Part shown: positions 20,015 to 28,871 of the stretch, piece by piece
Numbering within the stretch: the first letter of the stretch is position 1
Layout of the letters: every line of letters starts with the position of its first letter
Origin: an uncultured Verrucomicrobiae bacterium
GTDB taxonomy: Bacteria > Verrucomicrobiota > Verrucomicrobiia > Chthoniobacterales > UBA10450
Length of the DNA stretch: 64,000 nt
Direction of reading: 5' to 3'
NCBI GenBank assembly: GCA_963756875.1
Contig: CAVWPA010000001.1
Span: forward strand, 32,001 to 96,000
Program-made: the position numbers and the translations under genes
The notes under the pieces: model-generated
Seen by the model: the letters and a program-made list of their open reading frames with translations, nothing else
Databases searched by the model: none
What the model was told of the DNA's origin: nothing

Positions 20015-20332
20015 GATGTGCCGGCGATATAAAATATTCATAGCCGTTTCTCGCACGGGTTGAGGAACTTATGCTCGGAGATGGGCCGCCGCACTGGACA
20101 GGTACGCAAACGGCTGTAAATAAGTAGAGATGAAGAGAATCAACGCGCTGAATCTCGCCGCCCGTCACAACGGGCAGGCTGCATAACGGCTCGTTCGATC
20201 TCGCCAAGTTGGAGCCCCCGAACGCTTTCGGGGCACCCCAGTGGACGAATCTTACCACGCGCGGGTTTTATGCGCCGGAACTTCCGAACCGAATTCGGGA
20301 ATCAAACTCAACACTCAACAATTTAGAAACTT

Positions 20333-20647
20333 ATGAAACCAACACCTCAAATCAGTCCCAATAAGCACAGGTCGCGTCGCGATAGCAGCGCGCCGCGCAA
20401 GCAACAGAGTTTTCCATTAACGGATTGCTTCTTCCAATCGACCCTCGACGCCAGAAGCACTTCGTCCGGCATCTGTCTGGAAAAGAAGCTGCGCGCGTTT
20501 CGCAACCTGAGCAGCGAGTTCTTCGGCGCCGAAACGCGTTTGGATTATGCCGTCGAGTTGCTGTTGTTCGCCCTCATTACAGCGATTTCGGCCTGGCCGA
20601 TTATTTCGGCCATGGTTGCCGTGATTCGTCTGGTCAGGAATTATTAA
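20333..20647 (+). CDS. Small hypothetical membrane protein (paralog of 7583..7879)
   Basis: MKP start, TDCFFQ, FRNLSSEFFGAETR, hydrophobic C-terminal helix. Confidence 0.7.
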   Translation: MKPTPQISPNKHRSRRDSSAPRKQQSFPLTDCFFQSTLDARSTSSGICLEKKLRAFRNLSSEFFGAETRLDYAVELLLFALITAISAWPIISAMVAVIRLVRNY

Positions 20648-20701
20648 TCGAGAACGGGCTGGCACTTGCTCGCCCGCGCAGGGTTGCGCCGGGGATCGGT
20701 A

Positions 20702-20886
20702 TCCGGGGAGCGCACGCGCCCTCGCGTGCTGCTTTCGGCGCGTCGCCGAAAGAATCTGTATAAACGCTTGCGACCCCGAAAGCGTTCGGGGTCGCCTCGC
20801 ACGCGAGGCGCGTGCGCTCCGTGGAGAGAGCGGCGTCTGACACAGACGCCCTGCAATTTCAGCCGCTGGAGACAGCGGCCCCTACA
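20702..20886. repeat. GGAG-type doublet with nested mini-hairpin, followed by a GTAG-type element
   Basis: ccggggagcgcacgcgccctcgcgtgc ... gcgaccccgaaagcgttcggggtcgc ... gcacgcgaggcgcgtgcgctcc; then ggcgtctgacacagacgcc and gccgctggagacagcggcccctaca. Confidence 0.85.
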
Positions 20887-21784
20887 GGACGATCCGAACG
20901 CCTTCGGCGGCGGTACGTTGGCCGTAAAAGTCGCTCAGACGTTTTGTCATCGGCCCGACTTTTCCGGTACCGATTGTCTTTTCATCGACCTGAATGATGC
21001 CGGCCAGTTCGCCCATTGTGCCGGTGCAGAACATTTCGTCTGCGCCGTAAACATCGACGAGGGACAAATCGGTTTCGATGCAGGGAATTTTTTCGGCGTC
21101 GCAGATTTCGATGACGGTCGCGCGGGTGATTCCTTCGGGACACGCGACGACCCGGCTCGTGGCCAGCTCGCCTTTGCGTACAATGAACACGTGAGTGGCG
21201 TTCGTCTCCGCCAGGTTTTCCCGGGTGTCGAGCATGAGGGCATCGTCGGCGCCGGCGTTGTTTGCCTCGATCTTGGCGAGAATCGAATTCAACAAGTTTG
21301 CGTGATGAATTCGTGCATCGAGAACTTCAGGCGGTGGGCGGCGGACCTTCGCGGTGATCAATTTCAGCCCGCGTTTGGAGTAAACCGGAGCTTTGTGCTC
21401 GGCGAGGACGATGAGCGTTGGGCCGCTTTGGTTTAATCGCGGGTCCATGCCGGAAGTAATCTTCGCGCCGCGGGTGAGGGTGAGGCGAATATGGACACCG
21501 TCGCGCATTTTGTTGGCTGTGAGCGTCCGTTTAATTTCCTCGATGATTTTTTCGCGTGGCGGAATCTCGGTAAACGAGAGCGCGCGCGCCGACCGATCGA
21601 GTCGGTCGAGATGTTCGTGCAACTTAAAGATATGCCCGTTGTAGAGCCGTAAACCCTCCCAGACCGCGTCGCCGCCTTGCACGGAGGAATCGAACGGACT
21701 GACGCCCGCCTTTTCGCGATGCATTAATTGACCGTTGATGTTGACGATCAGGTTTCTGTTTTTCGGATTAGATTGCTGAAGCAT
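20882..21784 (-). CDS. Aminotransferase class IV (BCAT/D-amino-acid aminotransferase-like)
   Basis: GDAVWEGLR, HLDRL..SA, DDALMLD, AETNATHVF, EGITR, ADEMFCTGT; start placed at ATG 21784, after the repeat. Confidence 0.88.
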   Translation of the reverse strand: MLQQSNPKNRNLIVNINGQLMHREKAGVSPFDSSVQGGDAVWEGLRLYNGHIFKLHEHLDRLDRSARALSFTEIPPREKIIEEIKRTLTANKMRDGVHIRLTLTRGAKITSGMDPRLNQSGPTLIVLAEHKAPVYSKRGLKLITAKVRRPPPEVLDARIHHANLLNSILAKIEANNAGADDALMLDTRENLAETNATHVFIVRKGELATSRVVACPEGITRATVIEICDAEKIPCIETDLSLVDVYGADEMFCTGTMGELAGIIQVDEKTIGTGKVGPMTKRLSDFYGQRTAAEGVRIVL

Positions 21785-21791
21785 GTCTCCT

Positions 21792-21921
21792 AAATTCCAA
21801 GTTCCAACATCCAAGCTCCAGAGAAATTCCAAACATTAATTCCAGACATCATGCTCCGGTATTTTTGGATAATTGGAGCTTAAAGTTTCTTTGGATGTTG
21901 GACCTTGGGATTTGGAGCTTT
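21792..21921. repeat. 7-nt periodic inverted repeat
   Basis: aaattcc-aagttcc-aacatcc-aagctcc ... tggatgt-tggacct-tgggatt-tggagct. Confidence 0.85.
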
Positions 21922-21936
21922 GCCCGGCTTTCTATT

Positions 21937-22713
21937 TCAGTGCAGCCGGTATTCATACAGTCGTTCGTAACACTGGCGGCAGCTTTCGTAAATTGCGCGC
22001 AGATCATCCGGGATAACGCCTTGTTTCGGTTGGTACGGCTGGAACGATGTCGATTTCGCCAGGTCGCTGTACCAATACTTTGCCCAGATGCCGTCGGTCT
22101 CGCGTAATCCTGGTGGCCACGACAGCATTGCGGAGTCGAATTCGGCGCCGATGGCGTCGCAGAGAAGTCGCAGCATTCGTTCAGGATTTCGCAGTACATC
22201 CTTAGCGTCGATGACCGGAGGCTTCGAACGGGCTCGTTTGCGAACGAAATCGAAAATCTCGATCTGCTGGACGAAGCCGAGATCGCCCAGAGCCGGATCC
22301 GGATTTTTCTTGATGTAAGAGAGAATGACGTCCCGTGGATCGCGGATGAGAAAACAGTTCGTTACGTCGCCGAGCCAGCTGCGATCTACTTCGGGCAGCA
22401 AATGGTGGGTCATCTGCTTTTGGTAAAAAATGCGCTTATTTGTCGGGCCGCCCGCTTTCGCAGCGCTATGGCGCGGCATGTTGAGGTTGCTCCGGCACTT
22501 TTCAACAACCTTCCGCCAATCGGTCTCGCCGTTTGCGATGATTTCGCCGGCGCCGGGGTGCTTTTTGCCAGTGACCTTCAAGTAGTAAGCGTAAAACGGC
22601 TCATCGACGACGGCCGTATCTGCACGACCAGCCCATGAGCGCATCATGGCGGTGGAGATATTTCGCGGACCCGACCACATTGCGATCCGAATTGGATTTG
22701 CCGGCGTCACCAT
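21937..22713 (-). CDS. Sulfotransferase-like P-loop protein
   Basis: IAMWSGPRNISTAMMRS, DEPFY, QKQMTHH, LIRDP, MLSWP; carries a short in-frame repeat insert. Confidence 0.8.
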   Translation of the reverse strand: MVTPANPIRIAMWSGPRNISTAMMRSWAGRADTAVVDEPFYAYYLKVTGKKHPGAGEIIANGETDWRKVVEKCRSNLNMPRHSAAKAGGPTNKRIFYQKQMTHHLLPEVDRSWLGDVTNCFLIRDPRDVILSYIKKNPDPALGDLGFVQQIEIFDFVRKRARSKPPVIDAKDVLRNPERMLRLLCDAIGAEFDSAMLSWPPGLRETDGIWAKYWYSDLAKSTSFQPYQPKQGVIPDDLRAIYESCRQCYERLYEYRLH

Positions 22714-22823
22714 GATCCAACAATCAGATCAAGAAACGCAGATTTCGATCTTTTTACGTCTTTGGCCGATCGTCTGGTCGTCGGGTAAAGATGGATCGAA
22801 GAAGTCCTCGCCTTAAGCCGGCC

Positions 22824-23417
22824 TCATTTTACCTTGCCCAAGGCGTTTTCCACCTCGCCGAGCTGCCGCTTCAGTGCCGGCACCGTTCTCGCAGCCAACT
22901 TTTTGAGGTCAGCATCATCGCCAGACTGTGCCTGTTTCTCGAAGAGCCGGATGTTTTGCTGGTGATCTTGTTTTGCCAAGGTCAGATAATTTTTGTCGTA
23001 ATGCGTCGCTGGAATTTTTTGAGCTCCACTACCTGCAGGCGACAGCGCGAGTCCTTTTTTCTTGGCGAGCTCTATGATTTCCTGATTGGTTTGGGAGTTT
23101 TCCGCAACCATGCGCGAGGCAACTCTCTTAGTGGCCTCACTTTGCGCCCTGCTTTCGGCCGACCTTCCGTTTTCCACCTCCCAGATTCCCGCGCCAAGGG
23201 CTCCAGTCAGAAACTTCTGATCTTTCGCGGTCATCTGTTTCGCGGGCTTTGGGACGACCGTTGATTTTGGCTTGGGCGCAGAGTGATGCAGATAAGGGTT
23301 GGCGGTTACGTCCTGGTAATCTTCGCCGATTGCCCAAACGGTGGCAGCGGCGCAGAAAGTGCCTGCCATGATGGCGAGGATCGAGAATCGGGAGATAAAC
23401 TTGAATTTTGCGTTCAT
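22824..23417 (-). CDS. Secreted DUF4142 (ferritin-like) domain protein
   Basis: Signal peptide; D..FL..A, EV..G..A, YDKNYL...DH, FEKQA..G.D.DLK.LA.T.P.L motifs. Confidence 0.7.
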   Translation of the reverse strand: MNAKFKFISRFSILAIMAGTFCAAATVWAIGEDYQDVTANPYLHHSAPKPKSTVVPKPAKQMTAKDQKFLTGALGAGIWEVENGRSAESRAQSEATKRVASRMVAENSQTNQEIIELAKKKGLALSPAGSGAQKIPATHYDKNYLTLAKQDHQQNIRLFEKQAQSGDDADLKKLAARTVPALKRQLGEVENALGKVK

Positions 23418-23547
23418 GGAAGTGGTTCTGTTCGAGATTAATATCATGACTGCAGTCGTCGTCATGTAAAGTTCAAAAGTCGAGGCGGCCACGGAGGTAG
23501 CCGATGACAATCGATCACAGCGAAGGGGCCGGAAAGCGGCCTTATGC

Positions 23548-23943
23548 TTATCGCTTCGAGAACTGGAACCGTTTGCGCGCCCCGGGTTGCCCGGATTTTT
23601 TTCGCTCTTTCATGCGCGGATCGCGCCGGAGCAAACCGTCCCCTTTCAACCCGGACCGCAAATTCTCGTCAACCTGGAGAAGCGCACGGGCGATGGCAAG
23701 ACGAGCCGCACCAGCCTGCCCTGCCGGGCCGCCCCCGGAAGTATTGATCGATACGTCGTAATCGTTCACCAACTTGGCGGACTGCAACGGTTGCAGCACG
23801 GTATTTTGCAGCGGCGCACTCGGGAAATACTCCTCAAAAGTACGGCCGTTAATATCGATCTTTCCGCTGCCGGCTGTCATGCGAACGCGCGCCACCGCAG
23901 TTTTGCGGCGACCCGTAGCGATAAATTCCTGAGTGGTGGCCAT
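23548..23943 (-). CDS. rpsI: 30S ribosomal protein S9
   Basis: TGRRKTAVARV, GGG..GQAGA, RDPRMKERKK.G..GARKRFQFSKR. Confidence 0.98.
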   Translation of the reverse strand: MATTQEFIATGRRKTAVARVRMTAGSGKIDINGRTFEEYFPSAPLQNTVLQPLQSAKLVNDYDVSINTSGGGPAGQAGAARLAIARALLQVDENLRSGLKGDGLLRRDPRMKERKKSGQPGARKRFQFSKR

Positions 23944-23954
23944 GTGATGATTCT

Positions 23955-24386
23955 TCAGGCGAGTTTGACCGGTTGTGGCTGTTGGGCGGTGTGGGGATGC
24001 TCGCCTCCTCGGTAGACTTTCAATTTGCGATAAACCGCGCGGCCAAGCCGGTTGTGAGGAATCATTCCCCGAACGGCGCGCTCAATCAACAGCTCGGGAT
24101 GGCGCTTGCGCCGGGCGCGGGCGTTCTCCGATTTATGGCCGCCCACATAGCCGGAAAAACTCATGTAACTTTTTTGATCCTCTTTCTTTCCGGACAACCG
24201 CACTTTGTCTGCGTTGATCACGATGACGAAATCGCCGGTATCGACGTGCGGAGTAACAATCGGCTTCTCTTTTCCGCGAAGTAGGTTGGCGGCTTTGGTG
24301 GCGATACGCCCGAGCACCTGATCTTTGGCGTCGATCAGCCACCATTGTCGCTGCACTTCGTTAGCCTTTGCGGAAAAAGTTTTCAT
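23955..24386 (-). CDS. rplM: 50S ribosomal protein L13
   Basis: W.LIDA...LGR.A, TPHVDTGDFVIVINA, AVRGMIP. Confidence 0.98.
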   Translation of the reverse strand: MKTFSAKANEVQRQWWLIDAKDQVLGRIATKAANLLRGKEKPIVTPHVDTGDFVIVINADKVRLSGKKEDQKSYMSFSGYVGGHKSENARARRKRHPELLIERAVRGMIPHNRLGRAVYRKLKVYRGGEHPHTAQQPQPVKLA

Positions 24387-24406
24387 TACGCGAGAAAAGA
24401 GCACGG

Positions 24407-24435
24407 AAATTACGGGGGCTGACCTCCGGTGTCAA
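24407..24435 (-). promoter_or_regulatory. Sigma-70-type promoter of rplM-rpsI
   Basis: Minus strand TTGACA-N17-TAATTT ending 20 nt upstream of the rplM ATG. Confidence 0.7.
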
Positions 24436-24496
24436 ATGTGAGATCGGACCTGCTCAGGAGCCGGCACTGGCACCAGGCATGCTTATAAAAACCATA

Positions 24497-25156
24497 ATGA
24501 CGCGGTTCATTGGTTTTTTTACTTCCGTTTTTTGCGCTATTGGAATTCTTTCCGCGCAACAAACGTCCTCAACCACTGCAGCTCGCGTTTCGGCCAACGC
24601 CATCGTTCACGAAATGAACCTGGCAAGACAAAATCCCGCGGCTTACGCCACTTATATCGAAGAACTACGTTCCCACTTTAATGGCAGGTTCCTCGTTCTT
24701 CCGGGACACACCAGATTATATACGAAAGAAGGTTTGCGCGCGGTCAATGAGGCAATTCGATTTCTTCGCTCCGCGCAGCCCGAGCAGCCGCTGGTTCTCT
24801 CAGCCGGGATGTCCCGCGCTGCGGCCGATCATTGTGCAGATCAAATTAGCGGAGCAATCGGGCATGAAGGAAGCGACCGCAGCAGCCCGGGAAGCCGCAT
24901 CAGCCGGTACGGTGTCTGGAGTGCAAGCTGGGGCGAGAACATCGCCTACGGGAAAACAAGCGCGCGCGATATCGTTATTGCGCTCATCATCGATGATGGC
25001 GTGCGTGGCCGGAAACATCGCCAGAACATTTTTAACCCGAAATTCAAATTTGCCGGTGCCGCCTATGGGCCGCATGCGCGTTATCGCAGCGTATGCAGCA
25101 TCGATTTCGCAGGCGGATACTCGGAGCGCGGAGAGTTGGTCGCCCGAAATTACTAA
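24497..25156 (+). CDS. Secreted CAP (SCP-like) domain protein
   Basis: Signal peptide; HEMNLARQNP, AAADHC, GHEGSD, GENIAYG, HRQNIFNP. Confidence 0.82.
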   Translation: MTRFIGFFTSVFCAIGILSAQQTSSTTAARVSANAIVHEMNLARQNPAAYATYIEELRSHFNGRFLVLPGHTRLYTKEGLRAVNEAIRFLRSAQPEQPLVLSAGMSRAAADHCADQISGAIGHEGSDRSSPGSRISRYGVWSASWGENIAYGKTSARDIVIALIIDDGVRGRKHRQNIFNPKFKFAGAAYGPHARYRSVCSIDFAGGYSERGELVARNY

Positions 25157-25186
25157 CCCGGCGATCACCCGGTCGGCCAGCACCGC

Positions 25187-25516
25187 TTAAGAATCGCGAT
25201 GGTGCGCGGGCGATTTATTCAGAATGGGCTGAATCGAAGGATCGGCTTTGAGCATGGCCGCGCGCATCGCGTCGCGGAACTCCTTGTGCGCTTCCTTCAT
25301 TTTTTCATGGGCCGCCTGCACGGAAGGATCCTGCATCGCTTTTTCGTGCGCAGCCTTCAACCTCTGGCGGTCTTGCGGTGAAAGGTTTTCCAGCCGCTGT
25401 CCCCAGCGAGCGTGTCGTCCTTCGCCATGCTGATCCGTATCCTGGCCAAATGCGACGGGATTCAACTGCAACGCCACGGCCAGGGTCGATATCATCAGCG
25501 ACGATTTGATTTTCAT
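25187..25516 (-). CDS. Small secreted helical protein (Spy/CpxP-like)
   Basis: Signal peptide then LSPQDRQRLKAAHEKA and repeated helical segments. Confidence 0.6.
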   Translation of the reverse strand: MKIKSSLMISTLAVALQLNPVAFGQDTDQHGEGRHARWGQRLENLSPQDRQRLKAAHEKAMQDPSVQAAHEKMKEAHKEFRDAMRAAMLKADPSIQPILNKSPAHHRDS

Positions 25517-25613
25517 AGTGCGAAGGTACAAACAGTCGACGCGCGATAAAGTTGCGCTCTCGTCAAAATGGCTGCTGGCCATTTCCTGTTCGCGAGATTA
25601 ATTCGTTGTCGCC

Positions 25614-27143
25614 ATGTCAAACCCTTCCGCTCCCAAAACTGCGATCTCGCCGCAGCGCGCCGAGGATTTCCCGGAATGGTATCAACAAGTGGTACGCGCG
25701 GCGGAGCTGGCCGAGCCAAGCGACGTGCGCGGTTGCATGGTGATCCGCCCGTGGGGCTACGGGATTTGGGAAAACATGCAGCGGCAGCTGAACGCGATGT
25801 TTCGCGCAACCGGGCATCGCAACGCCTATTTTCCGCTTTTCATTCCGCTTAGTTACTTCGCCAAGGAAGCCGAGCACGTCGAAGGGTTCGCAAAGGAGTG
25901 CGCGGTGGTGACCCATAGTCGGCTGGAGGTGGGCGAGGATGGGAAAATGAAGCCGGCCAGTCCCTTGACCGAACCGCTGGTGGTCAGGCCGACGAGCGAA
26001 ACGATCATCGGCGCGAGCTACGCAAAGTGGGTCCAATCGTATCGCGATCTGCCCATTCTGATCAATCAATGGGCCAATGTGGTTCGCTGGGAAATGCGGC
26101 CGCGTTTGTTTTTGCGCACGACCGAATTTTTATGGCAGGAGGGGCACACGGTCCACGAAACGGAAGCGGAAGCGCGCGAGGAGACGAAACTGATTCTTGA
26201 TCTTTACGCACGGTTTGCCCGCGAGTATCTGGCAGTCCCCGTTTTCAGCGGAGAAAAATCCGAGAGCGAACGTTTTCCCGGCGCGGTGCAAACTTTCTCG
26301 ATCGAAGCGATGGTGCAGGACCGCAAGGCAATCCAGGCGGGCACGTCGCATTTTCTCGGCCAAAATTTTTCGCGAGCGAGCGGGATCCAATTTCAGACCC
26401 GTGAAGGTAAGCAGGAGTTTGGCTGGACGACGAGCTGGGGCGTCAGTGCGCGGCTTGTTGGCACTGTGGTAATGATGCATTCCGACGACGACGGCCTGGT
26501 TCTACCACCGCGAATTGCGCCGACGCAGATCGTCATTTTGCCGATCACGCCCAAGGAAGAAACGCGGACGAAAGTGCTCGAGACATGCGACAGCCTGGCA
26601 TTGCAGTTGCGGGCAAAGCCGCATCTCGATCTGGAGATCGACGCGCAAGTGGACAAGCGGGATTTGGGCGGCGGCGTGAAGAATTGGGAATGGATCAAAA
26701 AAGGCGTGCCACTGCGGGTCGAAATCGGGCCGCGCGATTTGGAAAAGAATTCTTTGGTAGTAAGCCGGCGAGACCAGCCGGTGAAAGCAAAGCAGACGAT
26801 GTCGATCCAGGAATTTGTCGCAACGGCGCCGGAGATTCTGATGTCGATTCAGCAAAATCTTTACGAGCGAGCGACAAAATTCCGGGACGAGAACACGCGT
26901 GTGATCGATACAAAGGAGGAATTCTACGACTTCTTCACACCGGAGAATACCGCCAAACCGGAAATTCATGGCGGATTCGCTCTTGCGCATTGGAATGGTT
27001 CGCGCGAAGTGGAGGAGCAAATTAAAAGCGACCTCAAAGTCACGATCCGCTGCATTCCTCTCGACGATACCTTCGAGGCCGGCCGCTGCATTTTCACCGG
27101 CGAACCAAGCGCCCGCCGCGTTATCTGGGCCAAGTCGTATTAA
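25614..27143 (+). CDS. proS: Proline--tRNA ligase (archaeal/eukaryotic type)
   Basis: F.EWY, GCMVIRPWG, RPTSET, QWANVVRWE, FLRTTEFLWQEGHT, QAGTSH, C-terminal AKSY. Confidence 0.96.
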   Translation: MSNPSAPKTAISPQRAEDFPEWYQQVVRAAELAEPSDVRGCMVIRPWGYGIWENMQRQLNAMFRATGHRNAYFPLFIPLSYFAKEAEHVEGFAKECAVVTHSRLEVGEDGKMKPASPLTEPLVVRPTSETIIGASYAKWVQSYRDLPILINQWANVVRWEMRPRLFLRTTEFLWQEGHTVHETEAEAREETKLILDLYARFAREYLAVPVFSGEKSESERFPGAVQTFSIEAMVQDRKAIQAGTSHFLGQNFSRASGIQFQTREGKQEFGWTTSWGVSARLVGTVVMMHSDDDGLVLPPRIAPTQIVILPITPKEETRTKVLETCDSLALQLRAKPHLDLEIDAQVDKRDLGGGVKNWEWIKKGVPLRVEIGPRDLEKNSLVVSRRDQPVKAKQTMSIQEFVATAPEILMSIQQNLYERATKFRDENTRVIDTKEEFYDFFTPENTAKPEIHGGFALAHWNGSREVEEQIKSDLKVTIRCIPLDDTFEAGRCIFTGEPSARRVIWAKSY

Positions 27144-27203
27144 GTCCTGGGAAGACCTCCGGTGTTGACGCGTTGATCGAGGCCCGTTTATTTGCCGCTG
27201 CTG

Positions 27204-27449
27204 ATGGAATTAAAGCTTTACAGCCGCAAGTGGTGTTCATGGTGCATGGATGCAAAGGAATATTTGAGCACGCACGGCTACGAGTTCCTCGAGGTCGATG
27301 TCGGCATCGATCGGCAGGCGTATCAGGAGATGCTGAAACTTTCCGACCAAACCTACGTCCCGACATTTGTGGCCGGCGACAAGGTGCTTGCCAATTTTGA
27401 CACGAACCAGCTGGAGCGGTTTTTGGCCGAGCACGAGATCAGGCCGTAA
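27204..27449 (+). CDS. Glutaredoxin-like protein
   Basis: LYSRKWCSWC (CxxC), Q.YVPT. Confidence 0.82.
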   Translation: MELKLYSRKWCSWCMDAKEYLSTHGYEFLEVDVGIDRQAYQEMLKLSDQTYVPTFVAGDKVLANFDTNQLERFLAEHEIRP

Positions 27450-28264
27450 TGTTGTTTCAACTCTTTCTTATCCTTGGCGTCGCTGTTCTTAGCGTGGCGC
27501 TGCGCAGTTTTCAGAGTTCGTTCTCTCAAAAGGCCGGGGCGCTCGGCATTCTCGTCGCGACCTATCTGCTCGTTTACTTCATCACCAAGAGTCATATTCT
27601 CGGTGCGGTGGCGGCGGCGAGCTGGTTCTTTTTGCCGTGGGTAGAAATTCTTACGCGTATCCGCACGCTCCGGTTGCCCAGGGAAAAACAGCTCCGTCCC
27701 AAAAACGCACCGTCCGCCGACATTTTTCCTAATCTGAGCGAGATCACGCGCGAAATCGAAAACGAAGGCTTTGCGTACGTAAGCGACGCCGGGTGGGACT
27801 GGGAAGACTACCGACAATTTTTTCGATTGTTCTACAAAGCCGAAGACCGTGCGCAGGCGACGATCTGTCTGAACGAGCAGCATGACCTCTCATTTTATTA
27901 TCTGCGCATCTCGTCCCGTGCAAAAGGCGGCATCATTTGGACGACCTGGAATTATCCGCTTTCCTACGGCTTGAAATTGACGCCGCAATTTCGCATCAAC
28001 CGCCAGCGACCCGATCAATCGTTCTGGCAGCTTTACCAGAGCCACCGGGAATTTTTGCGAAAGAACAACGTGCAGGTGGAAGCGATCGACCCGCTGGATG
28101 AAGAGGGAATCGAGAGGGAAATGGAAAGAGATTTGCGCGAACAGATCGCGCACAACATCGACAAAGGCGTGCTCAAGCAAACACCCGATGGCGATGTAAA
28201 ATATTCCTGGCGCGGAATGCTCTATCTCTGGTGCCAGTTTCTGCTGGATTTGGTGCGGTTGTAG
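27449..28264 (+). CDS. Hypothetical membrane protein
   Basis: Three N-terminal hydrophobic segments; ATG overlaps the glutaredoxin stop (TAATG). Confidence 0.7.
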   Translation: MLFQLFLILGVAVLSVALRSFQSSFSQKAGALGILVATYLLVYFITKSHILGAVAAASWFFLPWVEILTRIRTLRLPREKQLRPKNAPSADIFPNLSEITREIENEGFAYVSDAGWDWEDYRQFFRLFYKAEDRAQATICLNEQHDLSFYYLRISSRAKGGIIWTTWNYPLSYGLKLTPQFRINRQRPDQSFWQLYQSHREFLRKNNVQVEAIDPLDEEGIEREMERDLREQIAHNIDKGVLKQTPDGDVKYSWRGMLYLWCQFLLDLVRL

Positions 28265-28298
28265 ACGTCGTTGCGCCGCGGCGAACGCCCTGCAACGA

Positions 28299-28859
28299 TT
28301 ATACCTTCATGATCTCAGCTTCTTTGTGCTTGAGATGGTCGTCGATCGATTTAACAAACCGATCGGTCAGCTTTTGAATTTCGTTTTCCAGATCGTGCCA
28401 TTCGTCTTCGCTCACGCCGCCGGCCGTTTTCAATTTCTTTGATTCATCCAGCGCCGAACGCCGGTTCCCTCGCACCCGGACCCGCGCATCCTCGGCCATT
28501 TTGCCTAACGATTTCACGAGGTCTTTCCGGCGTTCCTCGGAAAGCTCTGGAATCGGCAGCCGAATGATCTTTCCGTCCACTGCCGGCATAATGCCGATAT
28601 TCGATTCCTTGAGCGCGCGCTCGATGTCCTGGACCGTGCTGGCGTCGAACGGTTGCACGACGAGCAGGCGCGCTTCCGGTGTCGTAATGAGGGCCAGTTG
28701 TTTCAACTTCATTGCCGATCCGTAGGCCTGCACATCGATATTTTCGACGAGTGCGGGAGAGGCTTTTCCCGTGCGGACGCTCGAAAATTCGTGGATCAAA
28801 TAATCGACGCTTTTCTCCATCGACATCTCGGCTTCCAAAAGAATGTCGTCTTTGCTCAT
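28299..28859 (-). CDS. frr: Ribosome recycling factor
   Basis: VRTGKASP, YGS, QPFD, IP.LSEERRK.LVK, IQKLTD. Confidence 0.96.
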   Translation of the reverse strand: MSKDDILLEAEMSMEKSVDYLIHEFSSVRTGKASPALVENIDVQAYGSAMKLKQLALITTPEARLLVVQPFDASTVQDIERALKESNIGIMPAVDGKIIRLPIPELSEERRKDLVKSLGKMAEDARVRVRGNRRSALDESKKLKTAGGVSEDEWHDLENEIQKLTDRFVKSIDDHLKHKEAEIMKV

Positions 28860-28871
28860 GCCGTAGAATGT

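Noticed and set aside
19833..20258. ORFs across the repeat cluster as a RAYT transposase remnant
   Set aside because: No HUH or catalytic Tyr-containing motifs; translations derive from the repeats
20041..20260. tmRNA-like tag (frame ending GCT GCA TAA)
   Set aside because: No tRNA-like 5' GGGG..GAC or 3' T-arm/CCA ends visible
20277..20306. Sigma-E-like promoter GGAACTT...TCAAA upstream of the small gene
   Set aside because: Spacer is 18 nt rather than the usual 16, and similar motifs elsewhere have inconsistent spacing
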